The notes under the pieces were generated by a model. That model had not been told where the DNA came from. It saw only the letters and a list, made by a program, of their open reading frames with translations, and searched no databases. Below are positions 1 through 10,441 of a stretch of DNA of 64,000 bases, in pieces (positions within the stretch are counted from its first letter, which is position 1; each line of letters begins with the position of its first letter). The DNA is from Vulcanimicrobiota bacterium (GTDB taxonomy: Bacteria; Vulcanimicrobiota; Xenobia; Xenobiales; JADMJV01). The position numbers were made by a program, and so were the translations under genes. Where the stretch lies: contig JBFWNU010000002.1 in assembly GCA_050250895.1 (NCBI GenBank), positions 32,001-96,000 on the forward strand, in the 5' to 3' direction.

Positions 1-22
1 GACCTTTTTCGGCACCCGGGTA

Positions 23-406
23 GTGGCAGTCCAGAACGGAGCCGAAGAGAGCAAGCTACACCTGGAGTATGGCTTCGAGCCCAGCTACGGTCGCACGAGG
101 CGGTGTCTCAAGGTGCGGCGGCCGGGCAAGAGTCCCATCATGACCTTCTACGGTGGCGACCGTTGGGGTCAGAATGGGCGGGTCTACGCCAAGTTGCCAA
201 AGAGCAAAGGGCGCGGCTACATTCGCGACGGCAGCAAGATCGATCCTCAACTCGAAGAGCTTGGGACCTGTCGGCTGCGTCGCTTCATCGAGCCGCGGCC
301 GGGGCGCAGGGTCGAAGCTTGCTGGGCCCTGGCGGCCCAGGAGGACGACCTCGAAACGTTGGTCCAGGCTGCTCTGGTCTGCGAGCAGCTCAGAAGCCAG
401 TCCTAG
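23..406 (+). CDS. hypothetical protein (possibly 5'-truncated by window edge)
   Basis: Open frame with GC-rich codon usage; stop overlaps the stop of the convergent kinase-GGDEF gene; no family recognised. Confidence 0.5.
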   Translation: MAVQNGAEESKLHLEYGFEPSYGRTRRCLKVRRPGKSPIMTFYGGDRWGQNGRVYAKLPKSKGRGYIRDGSKIDPQLEELGTCRLRRFIEPRPGRRVEACWALAAQEDDLETLVQAALVCEQLRSQS

Positions 407-3400
407 CCCACCACCACTCGATTGCGTCCTTCGGCCTTGGCCTGGTAAAGGGCCGCATCGGCACGCTTTAAAACCGCCTCGAGAGCCGGTTCCTCGGGGG
501 ACCAGCGCGAGAGACCCAGGCTGACCGTGACGGTCAAAGCCTGACCCTCGGTCAGCAAAGGTGTGCCGGCGATTGTCTCGCGCAGTCGCTCGGCCACCAC
601 CCTGGCCTCGACTCCCGTGTCGGGAAACACCATGGCGAACTCCTCGCCACCATAGCGTCCGATCAGGTCTACTTCACGCAGGCTCTGGCGGCAAAGGTCG
701 GCCACGTGCGCGAGCACGTGGTCGCCTACGGCGTGGCCATAGGTGTCGTTGAAACGCTTGAAGTGGTCGACATCCATCATCACCACCCATAGACCCGCTC
801 CGCTGCGCCGAGCCCGTTGCAGCTCTTTTTCGGCCAACTCGAAGAAGTGGGGACGATTGGCCAGGCCTGTCAATTCATCGGTGGTGGCCCGGCGACGGAC
901 CTCGGCAAACAGTTCGGCATTGCGCAGCGCCACCACCGCCTGACCGGCGAAAGTGGCCAGCAACTCCACCTCGCGGGGCCCGAATCCGCCCGGATCCTCC
1001 AACCAGACAGCCCCCAGCTGCTCTTCGCCTTGCATCAGGGGACAGACCAGCCGTCCCTCTTCTGGTTTGGATTGCTCTGGAGGCGACGGCTCTCCCGCGA
1101 ACCCACGGGCCACCGTCTGGCCGGTGGCAAACAGCGTGGCCGCTGCGCTCCGGCTCGGCAAAAGGTCATCCAGGCGCTCCAGCAGGCGCTCTAGCACCTC
1201 GCGGCTGTCCAGCGTCGAAGCCAGTTCACGCATCAGATCGCGCAGGCCCTCGGCCAGGTCACGCTGGCGTCGCTCTGCCTGGTAGCGCAACTCTACCTGG
1301 GTGGCCCTGGCATGTTCGATGGCCACCGCGATATGGTTCGATAGGGCTCGCACGATCTGCAGGTCGCTGTCGTCGAAAATGCCCCGAGCCAGCCGGCTAT
1401 CTAGATAGACGACCCCTCGCAACTCGTCGCCCACCTCGAGCCCAACCGCCAGCACGCTGCGCAGCCCTCGCGCTCGAATACTGTCCGAACCGATGGCCCG
1501 TCCGTCCTGATCGCAAGCCACGATCACCGGGGCGCGACTCACCGCCACCTCGGCCAGCACCGTGCGGCTGTAATCCTGGTCCTCTCCCAGATTGCGCCCC
1601 TCGGCGTCGCGGCCGGCCAGCAGAGTATGACGGTCTCCCTCCGGTTCGAGAAAGAGAAAACCTCGCTCTGCTCCCAAGAGCTTGATCAGCTCGTCGAGCA
1701 CCACTCTGGCTTGATGCCGCGGCTCGAACACCGTGCGCGAGGCCAGGCCCAGATTCAAGAGCAGGTCCAGTTGGCGGCTGCGGCTGGCCCGGTCCGTCTT
1801 GCCCGAGGGCTGGCTCGACACCCGGTCCAGGCGGAATGCCTCGCGGACCCGCCGCATCCGGGGCAGCCAGCCTTCGCTGCGGGCGATGGCGAAAGCCTGG
1901 TGAGCATAGCTGGTGGCCATTTCTTCGCGACCCAGGGCTCGCAGGCAACGCGCTCGCTCCAGGGCCAGTTCATAGGTTGCCCAGGGGTTGTCCGAGCGAG
2001 CGCTCAGGCCGTCCGCCCGTCCCAGGCTATCGAGAGCCTTGCCCGCATCCCCGCCCAACCGCCGGCGCGCCGCGGCCAGAATCAAGCAGTGAACACTCAA
2101 CTGAGGAATTCGCGAGGCTCGTGCCAGCTGGCGGCGGGCCTGGTCGAAGTGGGGTAGGAGAGGAGCCGGGCGCTCGGCTCGCTGGCAGCGGGCCAGCCAG
2201 GCATAAGCCTTGAACAAGAAACCATGCAGCCGCTGGAGGGCGGTAAAGGCGGGCGAGATGCCGAGCGAGTCAAAGGCACGCAGAGCCTCCTCCAGTGGTT
2301 CGCCCAATTCTCCCTGTTCGGTTTGCACCAGGATCAGATAGCCGTAGTAGTTGGCGCCCAGGTGACGGATGTGGTTGGGCTCGGGAAAACGGTCCAAAAC
2401 CAGGCGCCCACAGTCGGCAGCCTCGCGCTGGCGGCCTTTGAGGGCCAGCGCCGCCATCGAATACTGGTGCAAGACCAGACCCTCCATCTCGTTAAAGGGC
2501 TGGCTGCTGACGCGCTGATGGCGGAATAGATAGTCCAGCCAGTGCAGCGCCGATTCGGCCCGACCCCGGCTCAGCAGGTTCCAGATCAGGTCGGTGCACC
2601 CAACCGCGTGGTCAGCCGCACTGAGCCAGCGGGCTCGGGTCTCGAGCAGGTGGGCCAACCGCACCTCGGACTCGCGGGCGTCGCCCACCAGTTGTAACGC
2701 CAGAGCCTCGAAAAGTTGGGTGTGGGTGAGGCTGACCGTGTCCTCGAGAGCGAGGGAAAGCTCCTCGGCTCGGGTGATAGACACCTTGATCCCGCGCGGA
2801 TTGCCAAGCAGGCCCATCAGATAGGCCAGCTGGCAGTGGGAGCGCACCATCTCGCGCGAGTCGCCCAGGCGCAGGGCGCAGGTCATGGCTCGGGTAGCCA
2901 CGTCCAGCATGCCGACATAATCCATTTCGAACCACTGCTGCATGGCGTAGCGCTGGTATAGTCGACAGAGGGCTCCTAATTGCTGGCGACGAGCGGGCCG
3001 GCTCTCACGTGGCAACCACCCCCACCGATGGCCCAACATGAAAGTGGCCAGTCGCAGCCCCACCTTGGCCGCCCGCAGAGCCGGTCGGGGAGGAGAGTAG
3101 CCCAACTCGCGAAGCCCTCGCTCCAGCGCCTGCCGTGAGCGCCGGGCGTCAAATTCCGACAGGTGGGCCTGAGCTAGCAAACCGCAAAGATCGGCCCGCT
3201 CGACTGGCTGGGGACAGCTGTGTAGAGCGCGTTCGATGTAGCCGGCCCCTTCCTCGACCCGGTTGAGATGAAGACAGGCTCGCCCCAGACCGTCGAACAA
3301 CTCCCAACAGGCCGTCTCGGGAGCAGCCTCGAGCGCTTGCGAAAAGAACTTGTAGGCCTCTTCGAAGGCGAAGTTCTCCAGGGCCTGCTGACCGGCACGA

Positions 3401-5388
3401 AAGCAAGTCGAGAAGACGCGCTCGCCGCTGTAGCCCAGGCTACAATGCCGAGCCCGGGCATAGATCGAACCCTGGGTGGTCTCGAGAAAGTCGGCCAACC
3501 GCCGGTGGATCTCGGCGGCCGTGGGCGAGTCGAGCGTTTCCAGCAGCGCCTCCCGCACCCGGTCGTGGACGAAGTGATAGCTGCCATCAGCTCCCAGTTC
3601 CACCAGGTGCAGCTCGCTGGCCCGGTCGATTGCTCCGACTACCCGTCCCGGGTGAAGGGCCTCGAGAAAGCCCAGTTCGAAACGATTGCCGGCCAGAGCC
3701 GCCGTTTGCAGCACCTCGACCTGTTCGGCTTCGCCCAACTCCTGGGTCCGCTGGCGTAACAGGGCCAGAGCGTCACCACCTAGCTCCAGGTTCTCCAGCC
3801 CGCCGCTTTCCAGTCGCCAGGACGGCCCTGAGGGCAGCAACACTCCGGCATCCAGCAGAGACCTGAGATACTCTTCCAGAAAGTACGGGTTGCCGGCGCT
3901 GCGAGCGATCAGCTTCTTCATCACGGCCGGAGCCAGCTCTCGTCCACCCAGCTGAGCGCTCACCAGCCGCTCGAGTTGCTCGTCGGGCAGCGGTGTCAGT
4001 TTCACCAGAAGGGGATTGTGGAGCTCACCCGAGAGTTCGGGCTCGGCCTGGTCGCGGCAGGTGACGACCACCATCAGTGGCGCCCCGCGGGCCGCTTCAT
4101 CCAGACGCCTCAAGACCGACTGGGTGGCCCGGTCGATCCATTGCAGGTCATCGAGAAACAGCACCGCCCCGCCCACCAGTCGAGCCAGCGAGAGGAGCCA
4201 ATCCACCGGAGCCTGGTAGAACCGGTCGGGCTGCGCGTGCCGCGTCTCTTCGGGCACCAGTTCGGCCAGCCGGGCCGAGAAGCGACCTACCATGGGGCCG
4301 GCTTCTTCGGCCGCGTTGCGGGCCGGCGAGAGGTCACCGGCGGTGCGAGCCAGGTAGTCGTCGATGGCCGCGATCAGGGGCCGCAAAGGAATCGGGTCTC
4401 CCTCCTCGCACTTGGCTTGCAGGACCTCGGGCTGGGCCAGGGCCAGAAACTCTCGCACCAATCGCGACTTGCCGCACCCCGCCGGACCGCTCACCAGCAC
4501 CACCGTGCCCTGACCCGACTGGGTCTCTTGCCAGCCCGCCAGCAACGCCTGCAGTTCGGCCTGGCGACCCACCAACGGCCTCTCTAGACTAGCCTGAACC
4601 GGGGCTCCCAGGGCGCCCAGCAGGTCGGCCGCGCTCTGATATCGATCGTCGGGATCCTTGGCCAGCAGCCGGCTGATGATAGCCGCCAGTTCTGGCTCGA
4701 GGCCCGGGTTCAGCGAGCGGGGATCGGGAGCGGGTGCAACCGCGTGCTGGCGCAGCAACTCGCCCACGTCATCACTGCCGAAGGGCGGACTGCCGACCGC
4801 ACATTCAAACAGCACGACCCCCAGCGAATACAGGTCGGAGCGCCCGTCCACCGGACGCTTGAGCATGCGAGACTGTTCGGGTGAACTGTAGAGCAGCGTG
4901 CCCACCGCCTGGCTGGCGTCGTCCAGCTGAAAGCGGGTGGCCAGGCCGAAGTCGATCAGCATCGGCTCGCCCGTGTCGGCCAGGATGATGTTCAACGGCT
5001 TGATATCGCGATGGACCAACCCCCGCCGGTGCACCTCGCCGAGGGCGCCGGCCAGGGACACGGCCAGATTCTTCACCTGCCCCGCCGGCAGAGGCCCGCT
5101 CTGGAGGTGGTGGGCTAGCGTCCGCCCGGCCACATACTCTCGCACCAGATAGGGGCGGCCCTGCACCTCGCCGACTTCCAGCACCTGAGCCACCCCGGGA
5201 TGGTCGATACAGGCCAGCAGGGCGCCCTCCCGGCGAAACCAGGCATCCCACTCCGGCTCCCGGCCGTAGTCCTGGGCGGGAACCTTCAGAGCCACCGTCC
5301 GACCCCGCCAGAGAGCCCGATAGACAATCGTCCCCGCCCCCCGGCCGATCTCGTCCTTGACGGTCATCTCGGGAATCTGAATCGGCAC
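403..5388 (-). CDS. Ser/Thr protein kinase - AAA/NACHT-like ATPase - helical region - GAF - GGDEF diguanylate cyclase
   Basis: Kinase motifs IGRGAGTIV, VALK, HRDIKPLN, DFG, SPE, DLYSLG; Walker A GPAGCGKS and Walker B LFLDDLQW; GAF (RSVLAVGLEVGDELRGVVYLD); TDELTGLANR, DVDHFKRFNDTYGHAVGD, RxxD I-site (REVD) and GGEEF. Confidence 0.95.
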   Translation of the reverse strand: MPIQIPEMTVKDEIGRGAGTIVYRALWRGRTVALKVPAQDYGREPEWDAWFRREGALLACIDHPGVAQVLEVGEVQGRPYLVREYVAGRTLAHHLQSGPLPAGQVKNLAVSLAGALGEVHRRGLVHRDIKPLNIILADTGEPMLIDFGLATRFQLDDASQAVGTLLYSSPEQSRMLKRPVDGRSDLYSLGVVLFECAVGSPPFGSDDVGELLRQHAVAPAPDPRSLNPGLEPELAAIISRLLAKDPDDRYQSAADLLGALGAPVQASLERPLVGRQAELQALLAGWQETQSGQGTVVLVSGPAGCGKSRLVREFLALAQPEVLQAKCEEGDPIPLRPLIAAIDDYLARTAGDLSPARNAAEEAGPMVGRFSARLAELVPEETRHAQPDRFYQAPVDWLLSLARLVGGAVLFLDDLQWIDRATQSVLRRLDEAARGAPLMVVVTCRDQAEPELSGELHNPLLVKLTPLPDEQLERLVSAQLGGRELAPAVMKKLIARSAGNPYFLEEYLRSLLDAGVLLPSGPSWRLESGGLENLELGGDALALLRQRTQELGEAEQVEVLQTAALAGNRFELGFLEALHPGRVVGAIDRASELHLVELGADGSYHFVHDRVREALLETLDSPTAAEIHRRLADFLETTQGSIYARARHCSLGYSGERVFSTCFRAGQQALENFAFEEAYKFFSQALEAAPETACWELFDGLGRACLHLNRVEEGAGYIERALHSCPQPVERADLCGLLAQAHLSEFDARRSRQALERGLRELGYSPPRPALRAAKVGLRLATFMLGHRWGWLPRESRPARRQQLGALCRLYQRYAMQQWFEMDYVGMLDVATRAMTCALRLGDSREMVRSHCQLAYLMGLLGNPRGIKVSITRAEELSLALEDTVSLTHTQLFEALALQLVGDARESEVRLAHLLETRARWLSAADHAVGCTDLIWNLLSRGRAESALHWLDYLFRHQRVSSQPFNEMEGLVLHQYSMAALALKGRQREAADCGRLVLDRFPEPNHIRHLGANYYGYLILVQTEQGELGEPLEEALRAFDSLGISPAFTALQRLHGFLFKAYAWLARCQRAERPAPLLPHFDQARRQLARASRIPQLSVHCLILAAARRRLGGDAGKALDSLGRADGLSARSDNPWATYELALERARCLRALGREEMATSYAHQAFAIARSEGWLPRMRRVREAFRLDRVSSQPSGKTDRASRSRQLDLLLNLGLASRTVFEPRHQARVVLDELIKLLGAERGFLFLEPEGDRHTLLAGRDAEGRNLGEDQDYSRTVLAEVAVSRAPVIVACDQDGRAIGSDSIRARGLRSVLAVGLEVGDELRGVVYLDSRLARGIFDDSDLQIVRALSNHIAVAIEHARATQVELRYQAERRQRDLAEGLRDLMRELASTLDSREVLERLLERLDDLLPSRSAAATLFATGQTVARGFAGEPSPPEQSKPEEGRLVCPLMQGEEQLGAVWLEDPGGFGPREVELLATFAGQAVVALRNAELFAEVRRRATTDELTGLANRPHFFELAEKELQRARRSGAGLWVVMMDVDHFKRFNDTYGHAVGDHVLAHVADLCRQSLREVDLIGRYGGEEFAMVFPDTGVEARVVAERLRETIAGTPLLTEGQALTVTVSLGLSRWSPEEPALEAVLKRADAALYQAKAEGRNRVVVG

Positions 5389-5451
5389 CCGTCAGGCTTT
5401 GACGAATCGCCCGCTTTCCCCTCGACCGCTGAGAACGGTGCGCCGCCCTTC

Positions 5452-6210
5452 CTAGTGAAGCAATTTGCCGTCGCGGCGATCGAAGCGGTAGACGCGATCC
5501 TGCTGGTGGTTTTCCATCAGCAGGTAGCCGTAGCGAATCACTAGTTCTCGGCCATCGGCCCTGGCCGCTTTGAGGCCGTCGGCGGGCACCCGCGAGGGGT
5601 CGTGCAGGCGGCGTGACCAGACCACTTTGCCGTCCGAGAGGTGACGCCGCAAAATCAGCAGGCCCGGCTTGACCATTGCGAATTCGGGACCCTCCCGCGG
5701 GGCCTCATAGAATTCGAACACGTCCCCCTGGCTGACCAGTCCACAGCGGGGTTGGCGCACCAGCGGCACGGCTACGGGGTCACTGGTCCACAGCAGGCTG
5801 CCGTCTTTGAGGGAGAGCGCGAACGAAACCAGCCCTGTCGCGGTCTTGATTCCGCCCTCATACCGACCCACCGGGCAACGAACCACGACTCGGTCGTCGG
5901 CCACCCCCACCACGCGCAGGTTGGGACGCTGGATCGTGCGCACCGCACCATCGGTGCGGTCCACCACGGCCTCGACTCGCCAGACCCCGCCAAGCTCGAG
6001 CACCGACGTGCCCGAGGCCGAGTCGAAAGCTCCCTGAATCAGCTCGCCCTGAGCGCAGGCGAAACGACTGGCTCCCTCCAGGCGCGCATCTCGCCGTGCT
6101 GGCGCGAGAGGAGTCGACAGGTCGAGGCGGTGCCACTCGGGCATCACCCAGCCTGGTCCGGCCGCTGCCGTCAGGGTGAGAGCCAGGCAAAGCCAGAGGA
6201 CTCTTCTCAT
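5452..6210 (-). CDS. secreted hypothetical protein with PQQ-like beta-propeller fragments
   Basis: Signal peptide MRRVLWLCLALTLTAAA; ALSLKDGSLLW, LSDGKVVW and FDRRDGKLL motifs; TGATG coupling to glgA stop. Confidence 0.65.
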   Translation of the reverse strand: MRRVLWLCLALTLTAAAGPGWVMPEWHRLDLSTPLAPARRDARLEGASRFACAQGELIQGAFDSASGTSVLELGGVWRVEAVVDRTDGAVRTIQRPNLRVVGVADDRVVVRCPVGRYEGGIKTATGLVSFALSLKDGSLLWTSDPVAVPLVRQPRCGLVSQGDVFEFYEAPREGPEFAMVKPGLLILRRHLSDGKVVWSRRLHDPSRVPADGLKAARADGRELVIRYGYLLMENHQQDRVYRFDRRDGKLLH

Positions 6211-7673
6211 CAGACCAGAGCCAAAGCTCGCTCGGCGGCCAGTTGGTAAGCTTGCTCGTAGGCCGCCGCGCTGTCGTCCCAGGAGAAATGCTGGCCCATC
6301 GCTCTGGTTCGCATCTTAGCGATATGGTCGGGCCGGTCATAGAAGGTGCTGACCGCCCAACCGATGGTGTTGTAGAGGGCGTGCCCCGTGGGCGTGTGAA
6401 ACTTGAAGCCCGTGCCCCCACCGCTGGCCTCGTCGTAGTTCTCGACGGTGTCGTTGAGCCCGCCCGTGGCCCGCACGATGGGGAGCGTTCCGTAGCGCAG
6501 CGAGTAGAGCTGGTTGAGTCCGCAGGGCTCGAAGATGCTCGGCATGACGAAGAAGTCGCTGCCGGCTTCGATCAGGTGAGCCAGCTCTTCCGAGAAGCCG
6601 AAGTAGGTTCCCACCCGCCCGGGAAAGGCTCCGGTGGCCCAGTTGAAGTGACCCTCCAGGTCCTTGTCGCCCGAGCCCAGCAGCACCAGCTGGATCTCCA
6701 TGGTGGTCATCAGGCCTTGCAAAATTTCGGCCAAGAGATGCAGCCCCTTCTGCGAGACCAGGCGACCCACCACGCCCAGCACAGCCACCTCGGGATCGAC
6801 CTCCAGGCCGAACTGCTCTTGCAGAGCCTGCTTACATTTCCACTTGCCGGCCAGGTTCTTGGCCGAGAATTTGGCCGGGATCAGATCGTCCTTGTCGGGC
6901 GACCAGACGTCGTAGTCGACCCCGTTGAGAATGCCGAAATAGCGATCGCCTTTGGCCCACAGATAGGGCTCGAGACCCTCGCCCATGTTCTGCCGCGTCT
7001 CTTCGGCATAGGTCGGGCTCACCGTGTTGACCACGTCGGCAAAGGCGATCCCGCCCTTCAAGAAGTTAATCCCGCCGTAGGATTCAAAGAGTTCCGAGCG
7101 AAAATTCTCCCAGCCCAAGCCCAGATAATCGTAGCAGCCTTTGGCATAGATGCCCTGGTAAGCGATGTTGTGGATGGTCAAGAGCGAGCCGCAACGCTCC
7201 AACCCCGGCAGATTCCAGAGCTTGAGATAGGCCGGAACCAGTGCCGTCTGCCAGTCGTTGACGTGGGCCACATCCGGAATCCAGTCAAGATCCAGGCAGA
7301 CTTGCAAGGCCGCCCGCGACAAGAAGCCGAAGCGACTGGCGTTGTCGCCGTAGTCGTTGCGCCACTGGTCGTGATACAACCCCCAGCGGTTGAAATACTG
7401 GTTGTGCTCGATGAAATAGACAGGCGTCCCGCCCTGGCCCTCGGCCGAGAGCACCGAGCACCACTCTTGATGGTTGCCCATCCACACGCCCATCGGCCCG
7501 TGGAACGGCTGCAACCCGTGCTTGGTCCCGTCGATGTCCGAGTAGCGCGGCAACACCACCCGCACGTCGTGGCCGCGGGCCCGCAGGGCCGCCGGCAAGG
7601 AGCCCACCACATCGGCCAGCCCGCCGGTCTTGATAAAGGGAGTCATCTCAGAGGAAACCATCAGAATATTCAT
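6210..7673 (-). CDS. glgA: glycogen synthase (GT5)
   Basis: MNILMVSSEMTPFIKTGGLADV (KTGGL), HVNDWQT, TIHNIAYQG, VMPSIFEPCGLNQ, ATGGLNDTV; purine-rich RBS before ATG 7673. Confidence 0.96.
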   Translation of the reverse strand: MNILMVSSEMTPFIKTGGLADVVGSLPAALRARGHDVRVVLPRYSDIDGTKHGLQPFHGPMGVWMGNHQEWCSVLSAEGQGGTPVYFIEHNQYFNRWGLYHDQWRNDYGDNASRFGFLSRAALQVCLDLDWIPDVAHVNDWQTALVPAYLKLWNLPGLERCGSLLTIHNIAYQGIYAKGCYDYLGLGWENFRSELFESYGGINFLKGGIAFADVVNTVSPTYAEETRQNMGEGLEPYLWAKGDRYFGILNGVDYDVWSPDKDDLIPAKFSAKNLAGKWKCKQALQEQFGLEVDPEVAVLGVVGRLVSQKGLHLLAEILQGLMTTMEIQLVLLGSGDKDLEGHFNWATGAFPGRVGTYFGFSEELAHLIEAGSDFFVMPSIFEPCGLNQLYSLRYGTLPIVRATGGLNDTVENYDEASGGGTGFKFHTPTGHALYNTIGWAVSTFYDRPDHIAKMRTRAMGQHFSWDDSAAAYEQAYQLAAERALALV

Positions 7674-7894
7674 GGTTTCCCCCTTTTTGAGCCACCCCCC
7701 GGCCTCCTCCAGCCCTGACACGGGTCATGTTAGAGCAACTTAGTACACCGATCCCCCCTCAGCGTACTTTCGGGCTGCATCCAGGAGTATTGTCGCGTCT
7801 TTCTGGCGGCCCCCTGGCAACCTAGACTTGGCTGGAGGGTGTTCACTTTGAAGGAGCGGGATAGTGCGATGCATCACAGAGGCCACGACCGGAC

Positions 7895-8908
7895 ATGACT
7901 GCCATCTCCCGTCCCCTGCTAGAGGCTTTACCGTCGGCTGCAATCCTTACCGACACGCAGTTTCGCATACTGGACTGCAACCGGATGGCCGGCCAGCTGC
8001 TCGAATATGAGGCGCCTGAGTTGCTGCATAGCGATCTGCAGATGTTGTTGGCCTCCGAGAGGGATGCCGAAGTGCTCTCGGGCGATCCCTCCTGTGCCCT
8101 CAATCGCTTCGAGGTTCAGTGGGTGCGCAAAGGGGGGCAGCCGTTCCGGGCGGAAGCGGCCCGCAGCCTGGTCACGGACGGCTCGGGTCAGAGGATCGGG
8201 TTTCTGCTGGTATTGTCCAACCCCACCGAGCGTTTGCTAGAAACGCTGCGAGTCAACCAATTGGTTTTGGAATGCCGCGAATCCGAGAGAAGAGCCTTGG
8301 CCGAGAAGTTGCACGATAGCATCTTGCAGGAATTGATAGCCATCGGCTTTTCGCTGGCCCACCTGCAGCGTCGGCTGGATAGCGCCTCGACCGATGGGGA
8401 TTCGCTGCCCGGACTACAGCAGCGTGTGATCGCGATGATCCGTCGGATCCGGGCGCTGGTAGCCAGCTTACGCCCCACGGCCCTGGAGGTCTATGGCCTT
8501 TCGGCCTCGATCGAAGCCCTGGCCGATAGGGCCGTCAGAGAGCATTCGAACGGCCAGACCCAGGTCCGCCTGGACCTGGACGAGCTCCCGATCCGGAGCC
8601 TGGCCGAGCAGCTCTGCCTTTTTCACGCCGCTCAGGAAGCTTTGTTGAACAGCCTCAGACACGCCCGATCGAGCAATATCCTGATTAGTCTAAAGCAGGT
8701 TCGCACCGGGACCCGGCTGAGAATCAAGGATGATGGGATAGGCTTTGACGTCCCCGGCGACCTCTTCACACTGGTTCACTCGCAGCGTTACGGTCTGGCC
8801 GGCCTGGCCGAACAAACGAGACTGTCCAACGGCGAGTTCTCGGTGCGCTCGTCGCCGGGGCGGGGAACCTGCGTCGAGATCCTCTTGAGGTTGGTCAAGG
8901 CCCTATGA
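7895..8908 (+). CDS. PAS-domain sensor histidine kinase, NarX/UhpB (HisKA_3) type
   Basis: N-terminal PAS; ERRALAEKLHDSILQEL H-box; LRPTALE; QEALLNSLRHA, DDGIGF, GL, SPGRGT boxes. Confidence 0.9.
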   Translation: MTAISRPLLEALPSAAILTDTQFRILDCNRMAGQLLEYEAPELLHSDLQMLLASERDAEVLSGDPSCALNRFEVQWVRKGGQPFRAEAARSLVTDGSGQRIGFLLVLSNPTERLLETLRVNQLVLECRESERRALAEKLHDSILQELIAIGFSLAHLQRRLDSASTDGDSLPGLQQRVIAMIRRIRALVASLRPTALEVYGLSASIEALADRAVREHSNGQTQVRLDLDELPIRSLAEQLCLFHAAQEALLNSLRHARSSNILISLKQVRTGTRLRIKDDGIGFDVPGDLFTLVHSQRYGLAGLAEQTRLSNGEFSVRSSPGRGTCVEILLRLVKAL

Positions 8909-9321
8909 GGGAAAGCTCGGACGTTTTTCAGCAAGACCTGGCTCATCTGGTCTCGATCTGCCGTTGGGTGACGCGATTTTATGGTGAGGCGGCTGTGGTC
9001 TCGCGCCGCCAGCACCAGTCTAAAACCCTCCAACTGATTGAGCAGGAGCGGGCCGGCCTGGCTGACGAGTTGCAGCTGTTGAGCGGCGCCGCCACCTGGT
9101 CTGAGGCCACCCTCCTGCCCCTGGTCCGCGACGCCCGTGGAGATGACGCTCGCATCCTTGAGCTTTGCGACCACATCGACGGTGAGACGATCATAGCCTA
9201 CGGAGCCTTTCTTCCGGCCTCTTCAGCCCAGCTACAGGCTCTTTTGGAGCGGCACATAGAACAGCTTCGCCGGGGCGCCGAGCGTCGCGCCTTCCTGTGG
9301 GAAGACCTCGACGAGGTGTAG
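8905..9321 (+). CDS. hypothetical protein, possible ferritin-like four-helix bundle (PA2169/DUF2383-like)
   Basis: ATGA overlap with the kinase; helical pattern with FYGEAA, DDARILELCDHIDGETIIAY, LLERHIEQL. Confidence 0.5.
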   Translation: MRESSDVFQQDLAHLVSICRWVTRFYGEAAVVSRRQHQSKTLQLIEQERAGLADELQLLSGAATWSEATLLPLVRDARGDDARILELCDHIDGETIIAYGAFLPASSAQLQALLERHIEQLRRGAERRAFLWEDLDEV

Positions 9322-9481
9322 ACGCGCTAGGTGGGGTCGATCAAATCGCTGGTCATCTTCTTACGGGGAAGCCCCAGGGCTGATGGCTACGTTTTCCGAC
9401 TTCATGGGATCCCTCGAGCCTGGGTACGCTGGCAGCGAACCCGACAGTACGCCGTTCCGAATGCGTGGAGTAGCCGCCGGT

Positions 9482-10114
9482 CTAGCGGTCCTGTTGAAGG
9501 AAGTGGTCGTGAGCCCAGACTACCGCTTCCGCGCGCGAGTTGACTCCGAGCTTCTGATACAGCGAACTGACGTAGTTGCGGATTGTTTGCTCAGCCAGGT
9601 GCAGTTCCTGGGCGATGACTTTGTTGTCCAGGCCCCGTCCAATGAGAGTCAAAACTTCACGGTCGCGCGAATTGAGTGAGAGCCGGTCGGGGTCGGCAAG
9701 CTGGTGGGAAAGGCCGCGGATCTTGTCAGCCACCGACTGGCTAAACCAGACGGCGCCCTGTTCAATGACTCGAATAGCTTGCAAGAGGTGCTCGATCGCC
9801 TCATCCTTCACCAGGTAGCCACTAAGGGGAATCTGATTGAGTCCGCGCACATGGACATCATCATCGTAGGCGGTCAGAATCAACACCTTCAGGCCCGGCT
9901 GGACTTGGCGGGCTTGCTTGATCATCAAGTGGGGGGCCAGACCGGGCATGCTCAGGTCGAGGATCAAAAGGTCGGGTCGGTGTTCTGTTACGGCTTCAAG
10001 AGCCTCATCGCCGGTGGCTGCCTCAGCCACCACTTCTATACTGGCCCGCTCGGTCAGGGTGGCTCGAATGCCCTTGCGGACCAACGGATGATCATCCGCA
10101 AGGACGACTCTCAT
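9482..10114 (-). CDS. NarL/LuxR-family response regulator
   Basis: MRVVLADDHPLVRKG, PDLLILDLSMPG (phospho-Asp), LTAYDD, YLVK; LuxR HTH (LNSRDREVL..GLDNKVIAQEL.LAEQTIRNYVSSLYQKLGVNSRAEAV). Confidence 0.95.
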   Translation of the reverse strand: MRVVLADDHPLVRKGIRATLTERASIEVVAEAATGDEALEAVTEHRPDLLILDLSMPGLAPHLMIKQARQVQPGLKVLILTAYDDDVHVRGLNQIPLSGYLVKDEAIEHLLQAIRVIEQGAVWFSQSVADKIRGLSHQLADPDRLSLNSRDREVLTLIGRGLDNKVIAQELHLAEQTIRNYVSSLYQKLGVNSRAEAVVWAHDHFLQQDR

Positions 10115-10441
10115 GCATCCCTCCAGGTGAGGATTCGCGAGACCCGATATTCTCTTCCCTGAGCCGATCTTCGCAGGACGGTCTTCGGCGGGGTGTTGGT
10201 TCGGGTTCGGGGTCTGTCATGACCTTCTGGCTGCCGCCCCGAAGGCCTCTTTTTAGCCGTATTCTCGAAAATTCTCCGCACGGTCGTCCACCTCCAGGCG
10301 AGAACCTGGGGCGAGTACAGGGGTCCCTTGGGTGAGTACAACCGACCCTATCCCTCGTCTGGGGTCAGGGCTAGTCTGTTTCTAGGCTCGGGGGGTGCTC
10401 GTCGCCTACAGCACGCCAGTCCAAGAATCGAGGTAACGCCG

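Noticed and set aside
6243-7718. 491-aa + strand ORF
   Set aside because: Antisense shadow of glgA, typical of high-GC DNA.
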